In this document: positions 37,094-52,000 of the stretch, piece by piece | Numbering within the stretch: the first letter of the stretch is position 1 | How the letters are laid out: each line of letters starts with the position of its first letter | Assembly (NCBI RefSeq): GCF_033153115.1 | Contig: NW_026889803.1 | Coordinates: 32,612,001 to 32,676,000, forward strand | Reading direction: 5' to 3' | Source: Saccostrea echinata | Lineage: Eukaryota | DNA length: 64,000 nt | Made by a program: the position numbers and the translations under genes | The notes under the pieces: generated by a model | What the model was told of the DNA's origin: nothing | The model's input: only the letters and a program-made list of their open reading frames with translations | Databases searched by the model: none

Positions 37094-38435
37094 TATTCTC
37101 GGATAAATGTGGATTAACTCTTCTTGCATCCACACTGGGTTACCATACTGAGAATGAACTCAATCAAGTATCTAATGTGACATCATTAATTCACAGTAGC
37201 ATTACGTATGGTAAAATTACTCCACAATCAGAACTGTTGTGTGGTCTGTGGATATGACCAAGATTTTGGATAAAGTTAATCTGGATTAACTTGATCAAGT
37301 GTGGACTGGAACTTTTGATGAAACTTTATGAGCATCTTGACATAAAACTTGCAAAAATAACAATCATTTATTTTGTATAATAATAAATATGGCAAATATT
37401 AAAGTATGGACAGACCCTACAGATATGGCTCTTGTTACAGAATATACCTAAGTCCCGGTTTATTTACAGTGTATATCTCTGTAAGTTCAAAGAAAATCAA
37501 TGATTTTTTTTTAATGTTTTGTAAATATAGCATTACATATACAAAAACAGTACCACCAACTTATGCTTAAAATATCAATGGTACACTGTAAAAGTGATCA
37601 TTCATACTTATTCAGAACTAATAACCAATATAGTTGTTCACATTTAGAGCATTCAAATTCTCAAGAAACATCCCTCACATACAGATAAATTCTAATCCAA
37701 GATCTAGACCTTTTCTGCTTTACAATCATCTACACTGACTATGTGCACTTGGCAATTGAACAATGCATAAAAACATGTACATGAAACTAACATAGAGGGG
37801 GTTCCATAAGGGGTATTTTAAACTAACACCAACATAGGCTCAAAAGGGATAACTGACACTGAGATTTCTATGATATGGAATGTTGAGAAGCAAGTTTAGT
37901 ATTATTAAATACTCATTCACAAAATTTTACTAAATTTCTTTTGACTACAACACAAAATTTTTGCAAAGCAGAAATGTTCTTTAAAGCATTTTTTTTTTTA
38001 TGTAATGAGGGAATGAAAAAGTCAGTTATGAAAGAAAATAAGATGAATTCATCACAGCTGATCTTTGTGATCAGAACATACAAACTTTACAAAATACCCA
38101 GAAATTACTAATAATATGGCATTTCCCCCCAACCTTTGCAATGCCATCAATTGTAAGTAAAACTAGCTTCTATTTTTTCCCCCATAAATAGTTTTTTTTT
38201 TTGCCAAGCAAAATTGTTCTTTAATTAAAACCCTACATTTACTTCACATTAAAAAAAACATGAAAAAGGTAAATATTAGATTTGTTTCACTACTTTGTTT
38301 ATAATGTGGGAGTTCAATCTCTGAACTATCAACAATACTGCCTGAATGGATAACACTGTTAAACCTTTATAATAAAAAATCATTTTTGATAAAAAAGAAA
38401 AGTCTATTGTGCACCGAGTGCAATTCTTTTTTAAA

Positions 38436-41400
38436 TCATAACAATTCTGGCAACCTAAGAGCGGGTAACATACTGTCCACAAGATTGACCCACAAATTCG
38501 CACACACCGCGTGATACTGTCGCCCACCATAGGTAAGTTTGGCACACTGCTCTTCACTGCCGAAGTCTTTACACGTGGCGTCTACGTCTAATAAACACAC
38601 ACCACAGGCTCGGAACTGGGCTACCTGATCGTCAGATTTCAAGATGCCGTTTTTGCAATCTAGATCTTTATCCTCTGGCTGTAATTATGCATCAATTAAA
38701 GGTAAAATTTCAATTTGAAACAACTGGCAGTTTCTATAATTTTAGCATTTTATACATTATTTTTATGACTAAGTTTTTTTTTTACTGCACATTCTTTCAA
38801 GCTTTCAGAAGGATACAGGAAAATATGAAGTTTTAAGTGTTGATTTAAACATGCCAAATATATGACATATACGATTTTTTTTAAATATACATATTACAAA
38901 CACATGTATTTTCTCAAGGACAAAATTAAAATTTACTATACAAACCATCATATTTCCTCCAACAAGAAAGGCTGCCAAATTATTCCAGGCCAGATCTATG
39001 TCTTTCAAGAGTTGTTTTAATTTTTCATTTGTTAGCCCTACAAAGAGGAAAATTGTGCATGATTTTGTTTACAGCTGTATAATTACACCAATATAAGCCT
39101 TATCATACCCTAATGCCACCAGAAAATATCCCCATTCTTTGTATTTTATCATATTTCAATATGATTCATACTATTTTATATGTAAAGTTTTTGTCAAGTT
39201 ACCACTCAAAATGCAACAGATTCACTTAGGTGTGTAAAATGCATATCCTGACTTTGAGGTGTATTTCTTAGGGATGTGTATGTATTTGAAAATCTGTCAT
39301 GTACATGTAATTCAAACCTTCAAAAGGAAATGAAATGTGAAGTGAAATTACATAATTTACCAGTATATGTATGTATACTTTTATTTCAGGTAAGCATATA
39401 CCGGTAGGTGTAAATGTGTATATATTTTAAATGTATTTTGAAAAAAATAAAGCGATCATTGTTCACCTGTAGACTCTATAGACACATTAATTCTGCATAC
39501 AACTCTGTAGATTTCAACAACACCTGAAAAACAGATTTATTTTTAGTATTAAATTCACGCCTTGAAAGCAAAGACAAAAGTTGCAGGAGAATCCCTTTGA
39601 ACATACATGTACATGTATCAAATGAAAAAAAAAGTCACGAAGGAAAATAGGCACAAAGAAAAGATGGTTTACAGTAATCTAAATATTTTAAAAGCATTGC
39701 CTCTGGGAGACTGACCTGTGAACTGAGAACTTAGATTTCCTCACCTTTGACCTGGAAACTGGGAACTTTTAGATTTCCTCACCTTTGACCTGGAAACTGA
39801 GAACTTAGATTTCTTCACCTTTGACCTGGGAGCTGAGAACTTAGATTTCCTCACCTTTGACAAACTCTGAGCCCTGCTCTGAAGTGATGACCTCGTTACA
39901 CACAGCTGAGCTACTGATTGAGTTAAAGACTGTGTTGGCATCTTTTACCACCTTGTAACAACTCTCCAGACATTTCTGCCATTCATGTACATGTTTGTCA
40001 CTTCCCTTATAGAAATAAGCACATTACATGAAATAACTGCATCACAAAATGACCAAAAAATAATGAATTCAACGTTGAGTGAAGTTCAGTGACTTCCTTA
40101 CAAAATTCTCAGATATTTACATGTAGGTAATGTTCCCCAGTTACAACCCATGACCATGATTTTTTTTTAATTTCTGATCAAAACAGGATCTAGAGACTTT
40201 ACTGGAAACACCTATAAGATAATTGATACTGACTGGAATATCCTCCATCAAACAGCTGTATCTGTCTCCCAGAACAGGAAGTGGCTCGGAAACTTTACTG
40301 ACAAATGGCAAAACTGGTTCTGTATCAAAATAAATTTACATAATACAATTTTAATTTTTTTTAAAATTGTTAAAAAGAGAGACAGATATAAAGGGTTCAA
40401 TTCTGAATAAATTCAAATATGAAGACACAATAAGAGGTGGGGTTTCTTTTACCTGAAAATTGTGAAAAATTCTCCTTTTGTTCAGGTACATTTTCATCTT
40501 TGACTTCATTTTCAGGCATTTCCAAATTTTCAACAGACTCCACCTCTTCTTTCTTCAAATCCAGACTGTCCAGAGACTTTGATTCTGGATTGAAAGTCTT
40601 TTTCTGATGAGTCTCGAAATTACCAAACTCATTGCTGGATATAGACTGAGAGTCCATGTCTTTGACAACAGGAATCCGGCCTTTCAATCCAGGTAATTCT
40701 AAACTAGAAGTAGACATGGAATCCTCAGAAATAGCTGGATTACTAGGAAATCCAGATACATTTCCAGACACACTTGAAGAATCTGTCTCTGTAGGATCCA
40801 ACACAGATGTCTGTGCTTTGTTGGTTAAGCCTTGTGATATGGATTTACTGGATGGAGCATCCATTCCATAGAAATTGTACAAATTCTTTTTCTTTTCATC
40901 CTGAGCAGCAGGTTTATTCACAACCTCATCCAAGTCATAACCTCGGCTAAAGTCACCGAAGGCATCATCCTCTTCATCCACATAATCCATGGGTGGAGGA
41001 GCCCTGAAATGATCATCATCCATATCGGAGTCCGAAGACAACTTTTTAGATTTTTGTGAAGGAATGTTTGTTGGAGCTGGGGGTATTTTTTCTCTTTCAG
41101 GTTCCACAAAATCATCCCTTGATACAACACTAACTGGATTTTCCTTCACTTTGAACAACCCCAGTATGTCTTTAGTCTGTAAATGTTGCTTTTTCACCTC
41201 TACAAGCTGAGGTGCCTCATTTGTATCTTTTATTGTATCATTACTTGCTGTTGAAGAGTGAAATGAAGCCCATTCATCTTTTGCTTCATCTTTAGTTACT
41301 TCTCCTTGAGAAAAATTTGACCAGTCATCTTTCTGTTGATCACTTACTACCTCTCCTTGTGAAAAACTAGACCAATCATCTTTTGGAATGTTTGTTACCT

Positions 41401-44400
41401 CAGTTCCATTTCCAAAAGCTGACCAGTCAGAATCATCCTTGGATGTGACATTGGCTGAACTTGAAAATGAAGACCAATCATTTTGTGTGTTACTTGTAAA
41501 GTTAGTTTGCAGCACATCAGATTGATCATTAATCTGCTTTAGTTCATCAACTTTAGCATCTGTGGACACTGCCTGAAAATCTGCCCAGGAATCCTCTTCA
41601 CTTTCTGCAGTGGCTTTATTATCAAATATGGAAGGTGCTACAGTAACAGAGGTGTCCTCGCTGACCTCAAAAGCCCTCAGAGCAGCATATTTGTCCTCAT
41701 CTCCAATTAAACAAGTGTCACTCTGTGAGGCCTTCAAAAGGTCAGCACCTTGTGGCTGTGAAGGGGCAGGTGGCTGTTCACTTGGTGCACCTTGAAAATC
41801 CGCAAAATCTGAATCCGATGATTCTGGAGGTGATAATCCAAAGTGGGCCCTTGGCAAATCCGACTGAGGCTTAGCAGCCTCTTTCTTAACTGTAGGTGGT
41901 TTAGACCAGAGATTTCTAGCTGCTGGTATGGCAGAGAGTGTTGCATTGCTGGGTAGCTGAGAGGACTGGGGGCTTGTAAATTTTGGGAGGGGTCGGTGAA
42001 GGGGGCTCTCTTGTTGTTTCTCCTGCTCTGATTTTTTTCTGTTGAAGTCATCCAAATAAGACTCCAGCACCTTGAAATCCTCATTTTCTGACTGCTCAGA
42101 TGAAGTAAACTGACTGCTGTCACTGGGTTTGCTGTCTGCCGATTTGAAATCATCAAAGTCTTCATCCATGCTATTTGGGGTTGAAGCACCTAACAAAAAC
42201 ATTGTGTAATGTAATGTTATTGTGCAAGAAGGTCATGACATTCAAAAATTCAGTATTATGCAAAAGAAAAAAATTGGTGAATTGAAAGTATAAGTTGAGG
42301 TGTATACATGTATAAGGATGACAATTTTTGTGTAATAAATAGTATAAATTATGATTTGTGTCAAAAAAAAAAGAAGAAGAAGAGATATATTAACTATCCA
42401 TCCTAAAAAAAATTATACATTTGTTCCAAATCATAAAGAATGTTCACATTTCTTACAATTAGGAAATCACTTTAAAATTTCTTACAAATAGAAATCACTT
42501 TAAAATTAAAGGATTTTTGTGTTTGTGTACTATAAAATGATTAAAAATTAGTCCTATCAGCTACTTCTAGCATTTATTTATTAATGTTCAAATGATTAAA
42601 TTTAATTAGTTTGATGATTTTAATCTAGCAAACAAACAAACAAACAAACAAAAAATGCTTAAAAATTAGAATTCACTGATGTTGCTTTCATGTGTTGCAT
42701 ATTTATTTTAACTTTTAGTTAAATATGCTACAGCATCAGTCGTAATAATAATCAATACATTGTTAAGTATCACATAATTCAATCTTTAAAACAAGTCAGT
42801 TAACACTAACAAATTCCCTTTAAATATAATATTCATTGTTGCTTAGATTGTCCCGTTTACATCTGAAGGTCTGCAGATATCATAAATCATCCTAATATTT
42901 ATCAGGGCTGGAAACATTATCTGGTTATGCTAAATATTTAGCTGTTAAACTCATTATTATAAAAATTAGGCAAAGGTATGGGTGACTAGTACAATTGATG
43001 TTTATTGGAGGAGGGAAAGAGGGCATAAAAGTATGTTGCTCAAATTTAATTTCCTGTAAAATACCCACAAAGTACCAATAGCTAATATGTTTATTGTTTG
43101 TATATTGATATAATCAATTGCTTCTATACTTTTTGTATGCATATGAAAAAAAAAGCAAACCATACAAATATGTATGATAATAATAATTAAATTGTACCTT
43201 TGGTTAAGTGATGTACTTCTATTACTAAAAATATGCTAAAACATTTCTATTCTTTTTCTTTATATTAAAAGATGTCATGCCAGAGTTTGAAGAATGAATA
43301 CAGTAATGAAGTAAAGAGATAACCTACACGTACATACATAATACGTTTGCTATAAAGATAACACAAATGAATGATTTAATAATTTCTTCATGCACCCATC
43401 ATATCATCACTGCATTGCCAAAAATTGCTGAAAAAAGAGCTGTTAAAATGTTGGCATTTGTATGTTTACTCCTCATCACTCAAATGCAGCAAAAGAGCGA
43501 ATTTCAGCCAAGCAGAGTACAGAGTGAGTCAAAAAGTGCATGCTAGAGGAGGAAATTTTAGTGCTACGCTGTAAAAGTACCTTTCTTGCCAGTAACAATT
43601 TTTCGTTGTGGAGAAGCTGAAACTTTATGAAAAAATGACAGAAATTCAAAAAATAGGTCTACAAACAACATTCCCATACCAATGTAAGAATCTATTTATT
43701 ATTTGTTAAAGAAAATGATGTGGAAAACGGAAGTCATTCATCAAACTTTCAGTCCATCAACAGTTGAATTTTTGATAATTTTGTTGACCATAAAGAAAAA
43801 AGATAAACCATGCATGGATATCAAATGCTTGTATACACATCTTGCAAAACTAAAACTTCTATTCAACTAAAATTCAAACTTCATCAGAAGCAGTTCAAAA
43901 CTATCAAAACAAGTCATCCAATGCCAGCTGGTGTAGATCAACCTACCACTGTAGGACCTCCAAGGTCTACCATTACTCAACAAGTCTTCCTCTATGATAA
44001 AGTTCAATACTGTATCAATTTTTCTAAAGGAAATCTATTTCCATTCAAACATTCATTCAGATAATTTTTTTATGGTTGCATAAATTTAAAAATACAGTCA
44101 TTTATTCTAAAATTCATTCAGCCTGAGACTTTCACTCAGATAAATCATGTGAATGACTTAAACTAACTCGTTCAACTATTCCACAAGTTTTCTTTATGTC
44201 TGACATCAATTCAATGGTGCTTTACATACTGGTATATTTTGTACTTCTAAGGGCAACATGGATTTTACAGACAAAAATATATTAAGTCAAGTTCACAACT
44301 CATTTTGACATTCCACACTAAATAACACACTGTTGCATTAAAGTCCTCCATCAAAGTACACATGGTATTTATGTCACTGAAAGTGAAAAATTTGCCAAAA

Positions 44401-47400
44401 TTTGTTGACTGTTACTTATTTCTAATCTTTGCAATGATACATCAAATACTTTTTGTGGCACTCTGCAACACCCATAATTTTTTTTAACAGACTAGCAAAA
44501 GTGAAAGCATTTCCACTGCAATATAGCAAATCTAATCTAACAGCAACACAGAGTATAATCATCCTATTACTGAACTAGCATGTTGTGTTTTCTAATGCTC
44601 GATATTCATGTCAGTCAGAAACTTTGTTACAGTATCATTAATTCCATTTCATGAATTATGATTTGTTTTACATCTAAACTTCTTTTTTCATAAAGTACAA
44701 TACACTGACTCTTTGCTAATCTGGATATCAATAAGACGTTCCTTTCATTTTGCTGATTATACATGAACAGTATTATTTTCTGGAACAGGTTATTCATAAC
44801 ATTACTCAAAATCTTTATAGAAGAGATTCAGTGATTTGGATAAAGACAGACCCATCCAGATTATCATGGCATCAGTTTATTTACAAAAGGTCTTTTTATT
44901 TCGTTTTAAAATAAAGATTTTTGTATCAAAACTAGCCAAATCTATTATATCTATTGACAATAAAAATTGTATTAAAAAGTGGGAGGGATAGAGCATTAAT
45001 ACTACAGATCTAGAAATTCTGATTTACCTGAGGAATCATCACTGCCAAAAAAGTTTGAAATGTTAGAGTGATTCATGTCTGGTGACATCTGAATTTGCAG
45101 GTCTTCTGGCTTAGGAACGCTGTACAAATATCTAAGACCAGAAAAAAATAAAGGACTTTAACTTGGTCAGCTACATATATATGGTACATGTATTTCACCA
45201 ATACAGCTAGAACTGGCATGATAAATTATTGTATGCTCTAGATTAACTGATTATTTTAGTCATTTCATGTTCAATAACATATAAAAAAAATTTCTCAAGG
45301 TAACTGCAGATATCTTTAGATATCTAATACAAGTACATTTAAGCTTGGATATCAGATATACTGGATACTTATAAACTTACTCAGGTTCTTTTTTAAGTTT
45401 ATTTGATTTCTTTTGTGAAGTTGCTATGGCTGAAAAAAATGTAACCAATTACTAAATTTGTTTAGTATATATAGACAGTGTATATAAACCTATAGATGCA
45501 TTTACATAAATTGCAATCAGCTTTCAAATATAGAGCAAAAATGTGGAATATTTGCACTAAGAAATAAAAAACCAAATGTAAACATAATGAAGTTAAAATA
45601 ATACAAAGTATTCTTCAGCACCTGTAGAAGTAAAGGCTGGTGCTTCCTGAAAATCTGCAAAATCATCATCCTCTGTTTTACCAGCCCGACTTCCCTCTAA
45701 ACCAGAAAATCCTGGCATTCCTACCCCAGGAACTCCTTGACTAGACACTGGCTGACTTCCAGGTGAAGATGGACTCCCAGTTACCATGGATGTCTGGATA
45801 CCTGTCACTGTTGGCAAAGTTCCAACTGTCCCAGAATTCCCTGCTGTGAGAGGTGTCTGAGATCCCTGAATCATTGGCAGGGTGCCAGATATCCCTGAAT
45901 TCACAACTGCTGCATTGTTCTGGGGTGGGAGCTCTGAGGAGCTGGCAGGCTGAGGGGGAGGGGTAGCTTGCTGGCCCAGGAAAGGAACAGGAGGCTGGGG
46001 ACACTTCCTCAACATCTCAGGTGATAGTGATGTTATGTTATTCTGTTCAGAGAAAATGAAAGACATGTAGTAAATGAAACAACAAGAGCATATAACCTGG
46101 CTCTTGAAAATGCAAATCTTTCAAAAGAATACATACTAAACCGATTTTGTTTTATGCATTCTATGGTTAATAGTAATGAAAGAAATACCTTATGATACAT
46201 TAAATTTCAAGCACATCATGTTTTAATTAGAAAGTTTTTCAAAATCTAGCACTATTTGGAAGATCATTACTTCCAAGACCTGGAAAGGAAACATTGCAAC
46301 TATATGGAAAATATACTTCAGCTTAGTTATGCAAAAATAGTATTGTTCATACAAATAGCATACATCTTTACTTAAAAATATGAAAACTTCTTATTACAAA
46401 CCTGAGCAAAAGCAATAAGAGCCAGTATGAGGTACAGTTCTGGTTTTATTAGCTGTCCTGGAGTACTCTGGTTGGCCAGCGACCAGATCTGCCCTAAGGT
46501 CTCCTTAGGTAGACCACTCAAAACCAGAATGGGGTACAGTCTGTCTGTGGATATCTTACCATCACTAAAACACACCATAATCAAAACAATTCAGAGATGA
46601 TAATCCACATTAAAATCAAGGCAAGGGATCCAAATGTCAGTATGTTCATGTGTATTTTATTTTAGTATCAAATGAAGACTTAGTATCCCCATTTCTTAAA
46701 TTTACACATAACACTGACATATACAATTATAGACTACATAACACTGACATAGATAATTATAGACTACATACACAGTTGCTGCCTCCAGGACTTGTCTATA
46801 TAAATGTGGAACCTTGTCATCTTCATGACACCAGGCTGGAACCTCGAATTTGACAGGTGTGGGTGGGGCCTGGGCAGTCGGGGGTGGAGAAGTAGGTGGA
46901 GCTGATACTGTAGCTGGTTCTGTGATGGTAAAGTCATATGAATTAATAAATTTTTTATCATCAATGTGAAGTTCTTTTACAATTTAACCTTGTGCAACTG
47001 GATACATTCTTAAGAAGAATGAATAATGATGACAAACAGTACATTTCAAAATTAGGCAGTTGTGAAACTAAAGATATTTGTTTTAAGCTATGAGAAGTCG
47101 ATTACCTTTAAGGATCTGAAATACATATACAGTCAAACCTCGTTATCTCGAACTCGATGGGACTGAGAAAAAACTTCGAGATATCCAAGAGTTCGAGATA
47201 TTGAGGGTAAAATATTTAAGAAATATGTGGTTATGACTTCCCAATCACTTCGACATATACATGGTATTCGAGATATCCATGTTCAAGATACCGAAGTTCA
47301 ACTGTAAATTAATGATGATTTTAATCGTCATAAATTTACATTAACTGTAAATTAATACCATTAAAATAATGAGATTGTCAAATGAAAATACCATTAAAAT

Positions 47401-48977
47401 AATGAGATTGTCAAATGAAAATTAGCATTCTAATCTAAATCATTTTCATCTTTAAAATATTACACAGATTTGGTGATCTCCCATCAGACCTTGGACCATA
47501 AAAAGCCCCAAAATAATGAGATTGTCAAATGAAAATTAGCATTCTAATCTAAATCATTTTCATCTTTAAAATATTATACAGATTTGGCGATCTCCCATCA
47601 GACCTTGGACTATAAAAAGCCCCGTAAGATCCTCTTCCTGTTTCCACTGGTGGGCGTGGCGACTCTGCTGGAATGTATGGTGGTGGTGGTGAGTGGGAGG
47701 TAACTCCTTCAGGGATGGCTTGTGGAATGTCTTTGCTTTATTAGGAGCTGAGAGATCAGAACACTCAAACATCATAGCCATGAGATCTAAAAGAAGTACA
47801 AACAGATTTACAATGTAAAAGTCAAACTAGGGAAAATAGCATCTTGAAAAATACCCTTGGCAAATTTGTTTTCAGATTTCTGAAGAGATTTTCATATATT
47901 AGAACATCCACTAAAAGTCTTAAAAAATAAATATTTTTTTTATATTCAGATTAGAATTCAATATCCTCTTGTGTACACATTAAGTTGGATTGAATTCATA
48001 TTTTTTGTAAGCTTAATAAACTGAATCCTTAGGAGAAACATTTAACCTTTCTTTTCTTCTTTTGGGGGAATGTTCTCAGTAGGTGGTGCTGATAATTGCT
48101 CATTAGTGGTGGGAGTGGCCTCTAAGTTATTTACATTCTGGTTATCATTGGAACCTTCCTGTCCAGCAGGAGTTGAGGGGCCACCAAGAAAATCACCAAA
48201 TCCATCATCTGTTTGCTGTGCATTTGTTGCTAAATGTGATTAAAAAAAAGTATGATCTGAAATCTTCAAAATCAACATTTTTTTTTTCTGTTTATTTCCA
48301 TTCTTGTTAGTTTAGGTTCATATCCCCCCTTTTCATTTAAGTAAAATTTGGCTTCCATGATAATGAATTTCCAAAAGAAATTCAAACTGTAATAGAAATG
48401 CCAGTAACTTCAGCTTGCCATACAATGCAGATTTAACTTGTCAATTCTTTAAGGGGAAAATGATAGTCATTAATGTCAGTGAGAGTTATCTCTCTTTCCA
48501 CTTGGAGGTTGGGGAGCAACATTTCTTAGTCACATTTTTTTTGTGTGTGTATCTATGGAAAGAAACTTAAGCAGCTTTACAGAAATAGACATTTTAACAA
48601 GAACTTACCTTCTTTAGCTGTAGGAGGGGCAGGAGTGTTTTTTGGTGTAGGTTTCTCTGATTTACCAAACATGGACTCTATCAATGAATCAGCATCCACC
48701 TTACTTCCTCCTCTAAAGTTCTTCAGCCTCTGTTGCTGTTCCTGGAACTGCCTTGCTCTTTTCTCCTGTTCTAGGGCTCGTCTTTGACTCTCTGGGGATA
48801 AAGGTGCCCTATTTCTTGCAGGAGTTGGCCCTCTGGATGGGGTTGGCCCCCTAATGAAAAGAATTACCAAAGAAATCAGACCTAATGGAAAGATTATTTG
48901 CATTCAATGTTTTCTTTATTCTTAGTTGCAAGATGGTAGGGAGGTGTTTTGTTTTTAGTTTTCTTTTTTCTTTTTTT

Positions 48978-49009
<32 letters not shown>

Positions 49010-52000
49010 GATAAATAAAATTTCTTCAATTAAATACATTTAACAACAATAAAACAAACCTTTGTCTGTAACTGTCTGTCAAGGCTTGATTGTATGATGG
49101 TGGACCTACCCCTGGTCTCATTCCCATCTGTAATGACAAGAAAATACTTACACTGATATTTATTCAAAATTCCTATTGAAACCACTGTATACAGGGAGGT
49201 TGTTATACCATGTTATTTCCATCCAATTGCAACAGAAAAAAAGATTTGACTGTATTTCAAATTTTGCTGTTTTAGAGCTAAAAGTTTTGTTTTGTTTTTT
49301 TTCCAACTTAGTCCATTTTGGATGAGAACAACTGGAAGAAAATTAAATAGGGGGAAAATTCATACTTTTCCATACATGTATTTTCCTTTGATCATTTTAT
49401 TTAATAAGTCAATAAAATACTTTAACAGTCGGTTATATTGCTAACAACAGTCACTGACTTTTCCAGACATATGAAATGTAAAATGAAGCTCTTCTTCATT
49501 TATAGAGAACACATGGTGTTTCAAAATAATCATGGACAAACCTGCATTGGAAACATATTTCCCTGAATCATTGGACCCCTGTTAGACATCAACATTTGTT
49601 GCTGCATCATGGGGGTTTGTGGTCCCATCATTCTCTGTTGTTGCATCATGGGAAATCCTGTCATTCCAGGTTGAACATATCCTGGATGACTACTCATCAT
49701 TCCAAAGTTACCTAAGTTACAAAGATAATGTAATGTTCTTAATTCAAGGAAAAATTACATGCATATTAAATGAAAGTTATTGGAATTTTTTTTATTTTGG
49801 TATAGAAAATGATTGTAAAGCATTTTGTAGGAATTAAATATTTATAAATTTATGGCAAAGATAAAACTGGGGTGTAGAATGCTTTTAAAACTGCAAAAGT
49901 TATCTTACCTGGTGGCTGCCCTGGAAATTGGGCATTTCTGTAACATAATCAGTTATAAATAAGAATATAAAGATGAAAAATTATCTAGGCATTTTATAAT
50001 CATTTCTTAAGGATTCTAAAGAAATTAAGGGTGCAGCCTAGTGACACATGCATTTACTTAAGACACATGCACATGTAATAATGAAGTGTTATATTAGTGA
50101 CAATAGTTGTTTAGACAGATGGAGTCTTACGAGCATGAGCACATTGCATTATTCATGTTACATGTATTTCTTTTGAATCCTATTAAATTATGTTATTATT
50201 GCTCTTTATTACTTTGTTTCTGAGTTTATAAAATGTTAAACTTAAATACTTGAAGAAACAAGCAAATTCAAAGAATTCCAGTCCCCCGCTTAGTGGTTGG
50301 GATGCAATTATCTATGGCATATTGTAACTGTCTTGTTTGTGTGTCTTGTCTTGACTTATCTGTCCATCATACGCCTCTAGAACTTGAATCAAACTTCATG
50401 ATCAAGGAAATGTAAGAGGTCAAATATCAAAATATGAATCAATCCAAAAGGTCTTGTCACAAGGAATGCACATGTGAAAAAAAAAATATGAAAAACCCTG
50501 TCTCATCTGGAGCAAAAGTAATGACCAGAGTTAAAATTTTTGTTAAGTAGGTCAAACTTCTAGGTCAAGATCATGAAGTCAAAATGATAGTTCTTTCTGA
50601 AAGGTGTTATCATAAATAATCTACATGTAAAATATGAAAGCCCTGTCTTCTCTCATTTAAAAGTTATTACCAATGTAAAAATTTTTTTAAAAAGACTGTA
50701 GGTTAAACTATAAGGATAAAGTCATGAGGTCAAAAACCAGAGTACATTCGGAAAGGTCTTGAAACAGTTAATGCACATGTCAAATATAAAACCCCTATCT
50801 TCTCTCATTCAAAAGTTATCAGCAATGTCAAAATTTTTGAAATTTAGGTCAAACTTCAAGGTGAAGGTGATGGGTTTAAAAATCATAGTATATTTGGAAA
50901 TATCTTGTCACAGGTAATGCACATGTCAAATATAAACATTCTATCTACTCTCTTTCAAAAGTAATGACCAAGGTTAAAGAACAGGGGAAAAAATTCTTAT
51001 TAAAAATATTAAATGTAAAATATTGGGTACATATCATGATACAGTCTCTGTGTATAATGGTATATTATGAAACTCTTCAGTCCTAACATTTCAGCCCTAG
51101 CATATAGTAATGGCATTTTTCGACTGACCATAGTACATATAATATACTGCTAGGGCTGTCACAGTTCCAAAATTTTCGGGTCAGGTCAGTTCTGTAAATT
51201 TTTGGTTCAGTTTCAGGTTTTTCGGTTTGGTTATTTACATCTATTTTAAACCTTAATTTCATGAATTTAACTTGAAAATTTTTTATTTGTTATGTTAAAT
51301 TCACATTGCAAACAAGTCTCAACCATGTTAACGTCTAGATATTGGTGTTTAGGACTACTAGGCCTACTATTAGCCACAACCTGACCATTCTTGCTCGTTT
51401 TGAAAATTATCTTATCCTTTCCTGACAAGTGTTTTGTCATGGAATGAAGTAGATTTCAGTTGTGATGTTTATTTATCACTGTTATCGTCATCATTCTTTT
51501 GATTTCGATGCCATTTTTTGTATTAAAAAGATTCTAATATACATACCAACCCGAACCGAAATCTGGAAAAATGGAACCGAACAACTAGGACCGCGGTTTT
51601 CAGTTGTTTCGGGTAACCTTGACAGCCCTGTATTCTGCAGATATCTAATTTTCATAATTTTATCAACATTTACACCTTTAGAGATATAACATCTTACCCT
51701 AAAAACAATCCTACCCTTTATCGACATATATAAAACACAATGTGCAAAGTCATTTTGACCCCCTCTTCGATTCCAGCTTCAATTAACATTAGAAATTGGA
51801 CATGCCTACAAGTTTGCATGTATTTATGTGTTCAAATATGATAATCATTACTATCCATTGCTTCAAAACATTTAATTCCACCACATTACTTGAACCCATT
51901 GATATATGCAAACCAGTAGGCATGTCTAAGTTTTATAATTCATGGAAGCCAGGATCCAGGAAGGGATCAAAATAGTACTGCACAGTGTACACTTTGTGTT

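Noticed and set aside
39713-39860. 36-bp repeats as a CRISPR array
   Set aside because: Units are contiguous with no unique spacers, there are no cas genes, and the context is a eukaryotic intron
43810-44809. Additional large SYNRG exons in this intron
   Set aside because: No open frame with convincing, phase-compatible splice sites could be established by eye
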